From the NCBI GenBank assembly GCA_964359435.1, contig CAYHSY010000002.1, positions 1 through 28,737 of the forward strand: 28,737 nt of DNA, given 5' to 3'. The DNA comes from an uncultured Candidatus Saccharibacteria bacterium (GTDB lineage Bacteria; Patescibacteriota; Minisyncoccia; UBA6257; JAUSGH01). Positions 17,776 to 24,174 of this stretch are shown piece after piece; the stretch's first letter is position 1, and every line of letters begins with the position of its first letter. The notes under the pieces were generated by a model that worked only from the letters and a program-made list of their open reading frames with translations, made no database searches and had not been told where the DNA came from. The translations under genes and the position numbers were made by a program.

Positions 17776-18129
17776 ATGAATACCAAGAATATAGAATGGG
17801 TTCTTCGCATCGCGGTGGCGGGCGAGTTTTTGGGGCACGGTGTTTTTGCGCTCCAGGGTAAGGCAGCTTGGGTGGGTTGGTTCAACCAATTATTTGGTAT
17901 CGAAGCGGGCCTCGCGACGCAAGTGTTATTTGCTATTGGTTTAGTGGATTTGGCCGTGGCCGCGGTGGTGCTTTTCCGGCCTTTGAATTTCGTCTTGCTT
18001 TGGGCCGCTTTTTGGGGCTTCGCGACGGCGCTGGTCCGGCCGATGGTTGGCGAGCCGATCTGGGATTTTGTGGAACGCTGGGCCAACTGGGGCGCTCCTC
18101 TGGCCCTTTACTTGTTAAGAAAAAAATAA
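17776..18129 (+). CDS. DoxX-like membrane protein
   Basis: LRIAVAGEFLGHG, four hydrophobic segments. Confidence 0.55.
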   Translation: MNTKNIEWVLRIAVAGEFLGHGVFALQGKAAWVGWFNQLFGIEAGLATQVLFAIGLVDLAVAAVVLFRPLNFVLLWAAFWGFATALVRPMVGEPIWDFVERWANWGAPLALYLLRKK

Positions 18130-18168
18130 CTTTACGTTTGGTCCCAAAATCGATCTGCGTTGCCCGTA

Positions 18169-18192
18169 AGCCGGCCGCGCGGGTCGGTTTTT
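18169..18192 (+). terminator. Possible intrinsic terminator
   Basis: AGCCGGCC-GCGCG-GGTCGGTT stem with G-U pairs, followed by a T-rich tail. Confidence 0.4.
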
Positions 18193-18233
18193 GTATTTGC
18201 TACCGGATGATATAAATGGTAGTATAATGACAA

Positions 18234-19127
18234 ATGAAAAATATCATTTTCATCGGGGCCGGTAAAATCGGTACGGCAATCGGCGTGGCTCTTCAAGCCA
18301 AGGATTTATGTTTGGCCTTTTGGGATAAAGATCCGTCAAAGGTGCGGGAACCTCAAGACTTGAAAGTTTTGGTTCCAACCGCCGACTTTTTGTTTTTCTG
18401 CGTGCCGAGTTGGGTGCTCCGCGATGCGGTTAGAGAAGTTTCCCCGTTTATAAAAAAAGGCACCATAGTCATCTCGCCGTCTAAAGGCATTGAGATAGCG
18501 ACTAACAAATCAACGGATGAAATTTTGCGTGAACTTCTGCCGGCGGGCGTTGAGTTTGCTTTACTCTCCGGCCCTATGCTCGCCGACGAGATTTGTAAAG
18601 GCAATCTCGCGGCGGCGGTCGTGGGCACGGAAAAAATCGAAACTTACCAAAAAATTAAAGAACTTTTCATCGGCACCAACCTAAAAGTTGAGCACTCCGC
18701 GGACATTCACGGCGTTGCTCTCGGTGGTATTTTTAAAAATGTCTACGCGCTCGCGCTCGGTATGGCGGAAGGGCTGGGGTGGGGGAGCAACGAAAAAGGC
18801 ATTTTGGTTACCAAGGCCGTAGCCGAGATGCAGGCAATTTTCAAACTTTTGGGCGGTCAGCCGGATACGGTTTTCTCCGTTGCCGGTCTCGGTGATTTCA
18901 TCGCGACGGGTTTCAGTTCTTGTTCCAAAAATTATACGGCCGGCCTTGAGCTCGCCCGCGATGGCGCGGCAAAGACTAAGAGCGAGGGGTTGTCTTCATT
19001 CGATTCGGTAATGGCGCTCTTGGGCGAAAATCTTTCCCGTTTCAAACTGCTCTCGACTATAAAAGAAGTCGTCGTTGATCAAAAACCCGCCAGCGAGGCC
19101 TTTACCTGCTGGGCCGGAAATTGCTAA
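18234..19127 (+). CDS. gpsA: NAD(P)H-dependent glycerol-3-phosphate dehydrogenase
   Basis: IGAGKIG Rossmann motif, SPSKGIE, LSGPMLADE, GGIFKNVYALALG, GLGDFIAT..SKN. Confidence 0.9.
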   Translation: MKNIIFIGAGKIGTAIGVALQAKDLCLAFWDKDPSKVREPQDLKVLVPTADFLFFCVPSWVLRDAVREVSPFIKKGTIVISPSKGIEIATNKSTDEILRELLPAGVEFALLSGPMLADEICKGNLAAAVVGTEKIETYQKIKELFIGTNLKVEHSADIHGVALGGIFKNVYALALGMAEGLGWGSNEKGILVTKAVAEMQAIFKLLGGQPDTVFSVAGLGDFIATGFSSCSKNYTAGLELARDGAAKTKSEGLSSFDSVMALLGENLSRFKLLSTIKEVVVDQKPASEAFTCWAGNC

Positions 19128-19152
19128 CGCAACTTCATGGAGCAGAGATTTA

Positions 19153-19192
19153 TTCCTCCTTTCTTAAAGGAGGTGGCGAAGCCGGAGGATTT
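19153..19192. repeat. REP-like palindromic element
   Basis: CCTCCTTT-CTT-AAAGGAGG hairpin (19155-19173) followed by TGGCGAAGCCGGAGGATTT. Confidence 0.5.
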
Positions 19193-19267
19193 TTTCTCTA
19201 CTTGCGCTAACCACGGATAAATGTTAACATCTAACTGTTCCTATCAGTTCTTTGAAAGGGTCTAACA

Positions 19268-20020
19268 GTGGAAGCCCCCAAACCTTGGAAGCTCCGATTT
19301 TCCCTGCGCCAGCTCTTCGTGTTCGTCGTTTTCCTGTCCTTCATTCTTTGGGCCATTTTCCAGCCCGAAAAGTACGAGCGCGAAGAAGTCGTTTCAACCT
19401 ACGGCTATCCGCCCGAATACCGCATCAAGCCCATCGACGAACAGATCGCCATTCTCAAACAGCATTTCCCGAATCTTATATCCGTGGATATATCAGTGGC
19501 TTCGAAGCCTTTGCCTGCGGGCGCCGAAGGATACTTCGCCATCCCGAGGTGGCAAAAGATCGCCCCGACCTATGCGCAGGCAGTGGACAAGGTTTTGGAT
19601 GCTATAATGCAAAGACGCGTGTTATGGGGTAGTGCCGCCGGACCTGTCCTGGAAACCGCCAAAAAATCCGACAGCATTTCGCAGATTTCACGAAACCAAA
19701 ACACCCCCAACATCCTCATCGTGCCCGCTCAATTCGGCCTCCGCCATCGCGGCCGGTCATTTAGGCGAGTCCGTGCCGTGATGGGCTATCGCGAGTTCGG
19801 ACTCGGCGCTTACGAAGTCAGCATAATGCTTCTTGCACATCCAGAAAGGTTGGGATGGTCTAGTGGTTTGTTATGGATCACTTGCGCCGGTGACGCCGAT
19901 GGCGGCTTCTCGGTCGCGCCGCTCTTCAGCTTCGGCGGCGGCGAGGTCGGGTTCGGCGCCGTCTGGTGCGGCCGCGCCCACGAGTACTGCGGTTCCGCGT
20001 CGGCCTTCCTCTCGCAGTAA
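19268..20020 (+). CDS. Probable DGR target protein (N-terminal TM anchor, C-terminal variable region)
   Basis: TM helix at aa 13-31; YGYPPEY..KPIDEQIAILKQHFP, PAQFGLRHRGRS, EFGLGAYEV, HPERL; ends APLFSFGGGEVGFGAVWCGRAHEYCGSASAFLSQ; 3' end has 8 A in 137 nt. Family resemblance to CPR DGR targets is from recall. Confidence 0.75.
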   Translation: MEAPKPWKLRFSLRQLFVFVVFLSFILWAIFQPEKYEREEVVSTYGYPPEYRIKPIDEQIAILKQHFPNLISVDISVASKPLPAGAEGYFAIPRWQKIAPTYAQAVDKVLDAIMQRRVLWGSAAGPVLETAKKSDSISQISRNQNTPNILIVPAQFGLRHRGRSFRRVRAVMGYREFGLGAYEVSIMLLAHPERLGWSSGLLWITCAGDADGGFSVAPLFSFGGGEVGFGAVWCGRAHEYCGSASAFLSQ

Positions 20021-20051
20021 TTGAGGCTCGATCCCTTGAGAGCTCGATCCT
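19881..20051 (+). other. Putative DGR variable region plus downstream IMH-like tandem repeat
   Basis: 19881-20017 is about 74% GC with 8 A and is dominated by NNC codons; TTGAGGCTCGATCCC/TTGAGAGCTCGATCCT tandem at 20021-20051. Confidence 0.7.
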
Positions 20052-20118
20052 TTCATCACCCCCCGCTATCTTTAGTCACCATCCTTCACCCATACTTCGG
20101 CATTACATTCATCCCCGT

Positions 20119-20148
20119 TACAGGCTAATTCGCACGAATTAGCCTGTA
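20119..20148. repeat. Hyphenated palindrome, copy 1 (14-2-14)
   Basis: TACAGGCTAATTCG-CA-CGAATTAGCCTGTA. Confidence 0.9.
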
Positions 20149-20176
20149 TTGTTTTTTATATAAGTTATGTTATAAT
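20149..20176 (+). promoter_or_regulatory. Sigma70 promoter for tgt
   Basis: TTGTTT-16 nt-TATAAT with TGn extension; ATG 7 nt downstream; abuts palindrome copy 1. Confidence 0.55.
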
Positions 20177-20183
20177 GTAGCCA

Positions 20184-21362
20184 ATGATTCAATTCAAAAT
20201 CCTTAAAAAATCCCAAAAATCACGGGCTCGTCTCGGTGTCTTGAAAACGCCTCATGGTGAAATAGAAACTCCGGCTTTGGTTCCGGTTGCGACGCAGGCG
20301 ACGGTCAAGGCGCTTTCGCCGGAGGATTTATCGAAAACTAAAACGCAGTTGGTTATATCGAATACTTTTCATCTCAATTTGAAGCCAGGTGAGAAAATCG
20401 TGAAACGGCACGGCGGGCTTCATAAATTCGCCAAGCTTAACCTGCCCATTATGACCGACTCCGGCGGCTATCAGGTTTTTAGTTTGGGTTTTGGCCGCGA
20501 CCTCCAAATCGGTAAAGTCTCAAAAATAGAAAGTTATTCCCCGAGCCATGCCTACCGGCAGGCAGGCCTGTCGAGGGGACACTCTATTCTAAAAGGCACC
20601 CAGCCCAAACTTTTAAAAATCAAAGACAACGGCGTGTTGTTCCGGTCGCCCATAGACGGCCGCGAGATTTTTATCGGTCCCCGGGAATCCATAAAGATCC
20701 AGGAAGAATTGGGCGCGGACATAATCTTTGCTTTCGACGAATGCCCGCCGCCAAATGCCGATTATGAATATATGCGCAAGTCCGTCGAGACGACTGGTCG
20801 CTGGGCGCGCGAGTGCCTTCAATATAAAAAGTCCAAACAAGCTCTCTATGGCATCGTGCAAGGCGGCCGTTTTAAAGATCTGCGCGAATCCTCCGCCAAG
20901 TTTATCGGCGCGCTTCCTTTTGACGGCTTTGGTATCGGCGGAGAGTTCGGCGCGGATAAGTATCAAATGAAACGGATGCTCGCCCTCGTTGTGGATAATT
21001 TACCCGAATCCAAGCCGCGCCATTTGCTCGGCATCGGCGGCGTAGCCGATTTGCGGCCCATTATCCAATCCGGTATGGACACCTTTGACTGCACTATCCC
21101 GACGCATTACGCCCGCCACGGCATCGCTTTTACTTCATCGGGCAGAGTGGATCTCAATAAATCTGTTCATCTTAAGGATAAAAGTCCGGTTGATAAAAAA
21201 TGCGCTTGCGAAGTTTGCGCTACTCATTCCCGCGGCTACCTCTCGCACCTTATCCGTGCGCGCGAAATCACCCCGCTCCGACTCCTCACTATCCACAACC
21301 TTTTTTACTTCAACTCGTTGGTCGAAAATTTGCGCGCTCACCTCAAATCCGGTAAATTATAA
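20184..21362 (+). CDS. tgt: tRNA-guanine transglycosylase
   Basis: GEIETPALVPVAT, MTDSGGYQVFSLG, FDEC, GIVQGG, DTFDCTIPT, CACEVC..H Zn site. Confidence 0.95.
   Translation: MIQFKILKKSQKSRARLGVLKTPHGEIETPALVPVATQATVKALSPEDLSKTKTQLVISNTFHLNLKPGEKIVKRHGGLHKFAKLNLPIMTDSGGYQVFSLGFGRDLQIGKVSKIESYSPSHAYRQAGLSRGHSILKGTQPKLLKIKDNGVLFRSPIDGREIFIGPRESIKIQEELGADIIFAFDECPPPNADYEYMRKSVETTGRWARECLQYKKSKQALYGIVQGGRFKDLRESSAKFIGALPFDGFGIGGEFGADKYQMKRMLALVVDNLPESKPRHLLGIGGVADLRPIIQSGMDTFDCTIPTHYARHGIAFTSSGRVDLNKSVHLKDKSPVDKKCACEVCATHSRGYLSHLIRAREITPLRLLTIHNLFYFNSLVENLRAHLKSGKL
20538..20579. repeat. Nested palindromic element within the tgt reading frame
   Basis: CATGCCTACCGGCAGGCAGG (18/20 match to the perfect palindrome CCTGCCTGCCGGCAGGCAGG) inside TCCCC...GGGGA arms; encodes SPSHAYRQAGLSRG. 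Confidence 0.7.
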
Positions 21363-21373
21363 ACTACTCCGGC

Positions 21374-21405
21374 TTATCGGCTAATTCGCACGAATTAGCC
21401 GATAA
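21374..21405. repeat. Hyphenated palindrome, copy 2 (15-2-15)
   Basis: TTATCGGCTAATTCG-CA-CGAATTAGCCGATAA. Confidence 0.9.
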
Positions 21406-21451
21406 AACTGCCGGGATAATTTTAAGAAAAATAAACTATAAATACGGCAAT

Positions 21452-21703
21452 ATGGAAAAAATTTTAAAGGCCTTGGCGAACAAGAGGCGATTGGCAATAT
21501 CGAGATATTTAAAAAGTCGGGAGGAGGCCCCAGTGGGAGATATCGCTAAAGAAATCGGCTTATCGTTTCGCTCAACCTCTAGGCATCTCGCCATACTTCG
21601 CGCGGCGGATATTTTAGAAAAAGAGCAGCGCAGCCTCTCGGTATTTTACAGGTTATCCAAAGACTTGAAACCCATTGCCCGCTATATAATAAAACTGTTA
21701 TAA
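21452..21703 (+). CDS. ArsR/SmtB-family winged-HTH regulator
   Basis: ILKALANKRRLAI..VGDIAKEIGLSFRSTSRHLAILRAADIL..VFYRL; no Cys and only one His, so the classic metal sites are absent. Confidence 0.85.
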   Translation: MEKILKALANKRRLAISRYLKSREEAPVGDIAKEIGLSFRSTSRHLAILRAADILEKEQRSLSVFYRLSKDLKPIARYIIKLL

Positions 21704-21715
21704 AATTTATTCTTA

Positions 21716-21745
21716 TATCGGCTAATTCGCACGAATTAGCCGATA
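21716..21745. repeat. Hyphenated palindrome, copy 3 (14-2-14)
   Basis: TATCGGCTAATTCG-CA-CGAATTAGCCGATA; 30 bp identical to copy 2. Confidence 0.9.
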
Positions 21746-21777
21746 GTTGGTAATTGATTATTTGGTAAAAAATTAAA

Positions 21778-22887
21778 ATGCCAAAAAATAATTTTGAAAA
21801 AAATTTGGTGCGTTATGACTATGATTTGCCAGAGGAGCTTATTGCTAAAGAGCCCGCTCATCCGCGCGATGCCGCGCGCCTTTTGGTCTATAACAGAAAA
21901 ACCGGCAAGGCAAAAGATGATATTTTTAGAAATATTATCCAGTATTTGCCGCCGAAATCCGTTTTGGTTTTCAATGAGACCAAGGTTATCCCGGCGCGGC
22001 TCGCGGTTAGAAAAAAATCGGGTGGCGTAGTTAGGGTATTATTTGTGGGAATCGAGGGGGGATTGATAAAAGTTTTGTCGCCGAAAAAGTTGAAAATCGG
22101 GGAGTGTTTGGCCGCATCCGTCGCTGTTTATTTTACGGTTGCAAAATCGAAAGATAAATTTTGGTTTTTGCGGCCGTCGTTTCCGGTCAAAGATGTTTAT
22201 AAAATTTTGGAAAAATACGGTGAGATGCCTATCCCGCCCTATATCAAAAATTCGCCTCTCACCGGAGTGGAATTGAAAAAAGAATATCAAACGGTTTTTG
22301 CGCGCCGGTCCGGTTCCGTCGCCGCGCCGACGGCGGCCCTGCATTTCACTAAAAATTTAATGGCGAAGATTAAAAAAGCGGGACATGAAATCGTTTTCGT
22401 CACGCTTCACGTCAATCTCGGAACTTTCTTGCCCGTAACAATCGAAAATTTGGAAACCGGAAAACTGCATGAGGAATATTATGAAATTTCTAAAACAGCG
22501 GCTCGCAAATTAAACCGGGCCAAAAAATCCGGAAGAGCCATTATCGCCGTGGGCACAACTTCGGCGAGAACTCTGGAATCTTCGCTTGGTCGGGATAAAA
22601 AAATCAAAAAACTTTCCGGTCTCACCTCGCTTTTTATCCACGAAAACCTTATACCCCTCATTCGGCCGAATGAGGGGTATAAGGAGGGATATAAGGGGGA
22701 GTTGGTTGATAGTGGAGGATTTGGGTTTGTTGATGGTTTGGTGACCAATTTTCATGTGCCGCGTTCCAGCTTGATGATGCTTGTCGCCGCGCTCATCGGC
22801 CGTCAAAAAATTTTAGAACTTTATAAGCACGCCATCAAAAACCGTTATCGCTTCTTCTCCTTCGGCGACGGGATGTTGATTTTATAA
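21778..22887 (+). CDS. queA: S-adenosylmethionine:tRNA ribosyltransferase-isomerase
   Basis: YDYDLPEELIA, LVFNETKVIPARL, MPIPPYI, YQTVFA..GSVAAPTAALHF, TLHVNLGTF, VGTTSARTLES, TNFHVPRSSL, YRFFSFGDGM. Confidence 0.96.
   Translation: MPKNNFEKNLVRYDYDLPEELIAKEPAHPRDAARLLVYNRKTGKAKDDIFRNIIQYLPPKSVLVFNETKVIPARLAVRKKSGGVVRVLFVGIEGGLIKVLSPKKLKIGECLAASVAVYFTVAKSKDKFWFLRPSFPVKDVYKILEKYGEMPIPPYIKNSPLTGVELKKEYQTVFARRSGSVAAPTAALHFTKNLMAKIKKAGHEIVFVTLHVNLGTFLPVTIENLETGKLHEEYYEISKTAARKLNRAKKSGRAIIAVGTTSARTLESSLGRDKKIKKLSGLTSLFIHENLIPLIRPNEGYKEGYKGELVDSGGFGFVDGLVTNFHVPRSSLMMLVAALIGRQKILELYKHAIKNRYRFFSFGDGMLIL
22647..22684. repeat. Perfect 38-bp palindrome within the queA reading frame
   Basis: CCTTATACCCCTCATTCGG/CCGAATGAGGGGTATAAGG, followed by a partial duplication AGGGATATAAGG. 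Confidence 0.9.
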
Positions 22888-22908
22888 ATTTGGAGTATAT
22901 TAAAAATA

Positions 22909-23280
22909 ATGATCAGTTTTGATGAATTTGCAAAAATTGAACTACGGATCGCGAAAATCGTCGCGGCCGAGCGCGTGGAGGGATCTGATAAATTACTCAA
23001 ACTCCAAGTAGAGGCAGGCTTGCCCGCCGACCCGGTGGCGGGGGACGGCGCGGAGGGCGAGGCGGACACCGCGGTTTTGCGTCAGATTATTGCCGGCATC
23101 GGCAAAATATATGAGCCGAAAAATTTAGTCGGCCAAGAAATCGTGATTGTCGCGAATCTTGAGCCAAAAGAACTGATGGGCCTCACGAGTCATGGCATGC
23201 TTCTGGCGGCGAAAGACGAAAACGGGTTGGCACTGCTTATGCCGGATAAAAATGTGCAAGCCGGGAGTAAAATCGGTTAA
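22909..23280 (+). CDS. Stand-alone tRNA-binding OB-fold protein (MetG C-terminal/Trbp111/CsaA-like)
   Basis: FDEFAKIELRIAKI..SDKLLKLQV..RQIIAGI..VANLEPKELMGLTSHGMLLAA. Confidence 0.88.
   Translation: MISFDEFAKIELRIAKIVAAERVEGSDKLLKLQVEAGLPADPVAGDGAEGEADTAVLRQIIAGIGKIYEPKNLVGQEIVIVANLEPKELMGLTSHGMLLAAKDENGLALLMPDKNVQAGSKIG
23017..23042. repeat. Palindromic element within the tRNA-binding gene
   Basis: GGCTTGCCCGCCGACCCGGTGGCGGG; 25/26 identical to the reverse complement of 26980-27005. Confidence 0.85.
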
Positions 23281-23297
23281 TGTATTATACTTAAAAT

Positions 23298-23807
23298 ATG
23301 GACGAGAATCAGCCGGTTCCGGCGCCTTATAAGCGCCCCGATTGGCAGGAGTATTTTTTAAAAATTATGGATACCGTTGCCTTGCGCGGTAATTGCGATA
23401 GGGGGCGGGCCGCGGCGATAATTGTGCGGGATAAGCGAGTTATCGCGACGGGTTATGTGGGCGCTCCGGCGGGACTGGAAACCTGCGATGAGATTGGGCA
23501 CTTGATTAAAGTTTCTTACGATGAGCGCGGGGGAACGCATAAGAATTGCGTGAGGACTACGCACGCGGAGGCGAATGCCATCGCCCAAGCCGCGCGATAC
23601 GGCACGCCTATAGACGGCGCGGCGCTTTATTGCAAAATGACGCCGTGTCTGGATTGCACCAAACTTTTGATTAACGCGGGAATTAAAAAAGTGGTTAGCC
23701 GTAAACGTTACCACTCTGATCACGACAGTATGGCCACCCTTGTTACTTCCGGCGTGGAGGTGATCATCCTGGATAACACGCAGGAGACGTATCCCGACAT
23801 GAGGTAG
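23298..23807 (+). CDS. Cytidine/dCMP deaminase family protein (ComEB-like)
   Basis: IATGYVGAP, HAEANAI, MTPCLDC Zn-binding motifs. Confidence 0.9.
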   Translation: MDENQPVPAPYKRPDWQEYFLKIMDTVALRGNCDRGRAAAIIVRDKRVIATGYVGAPAGLETCDEIGHLIKVSYDERGGTHKNCVRTTHAEANAIAQAARYGTPIDGAALYCKMTPCLDCTKLLINAGIKKVVSRKRYHSDHDSMATLVTSGVEVIILDNTQETYPDMR

Positions 23808-23810
23808 GCC

Positions 23811-23916
23811 GTCATTGCGAGGCTCTGCGAAGCAATCTTACCTTGATGGTTATTAAAAATATTCATAAGACAATAGTGTAAGATTGCCACGCCCCGAGTA
23901 TGGGGCTCGCAATGAC
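23811..23916. repeat. 106-nt palindromic mini-element (GTCATTGCGAG...CTCGCAATGAC)
   Basis: 11-bp terminal inverted repeat; inner GCAATCTTAC/GTAAGATTGC stem; small GCCCC/GGGGC hairpin. Confidence 0.8.
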
Positions 23917-23927
23917 AAATAATTTGC

Positions 23928-24152
23928 ATGAAAAAAATTTTCGTAACCGCCAAGCCCAACTCTAAGCATCCGTCAGTCAAAGAAATGAGCCCCAGCCATT
24001 TTGTGATCTCGGTTGCGGAGCCGCCCAAAGACAACAAGGCCAACCGCGCCATCATCAAGGCCCTCGCCGCACACTTGGGCGTGCCGCAGTCGTATATAGA
24101 AATCGTCCACGGTTATTTTAGTAAAAATAAGATCATAGAAGTTGTGGATTAA
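23928..24152 (+). CDS. DUF167 (YggU-like) protein
   Basis: KIFVTAKPNSK..ISVAEPPKDNKANRAIIKALAAHLGVPQS..IVHG..SKNKIIEV. Confidence 0.88.
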   Translation: MKKIFVTAKPNSKHPSVKEMSPSHFVISVAEPPKDNKANRAIIKALAAHLGVPQSYIEIVHGYFSKNKIIEVVD

Positions 24153-24174
24153 ACGGTTTGGTATAATTAAAATA

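Noticed and set aside
19268-20150. Complete DGR cassette in the window
   Set aside because: No reverse transcriptase, Avd or A-rich template copy of the variable region was found by eye; only a target can be supported.
20052-20183. preQ1 riboswitch upstream of tgt or queA
   Set aside because: No preQ1-I stem with an A-rich tail or preQ1-II-like motif is visible, and tgt appears leaderless.
20119-21745. CRISPR array suggested by three identical palindromic repeats
   Set aside because: Spacings are about 1250 and 340 nt and contain whole genes; no cas genes are present.
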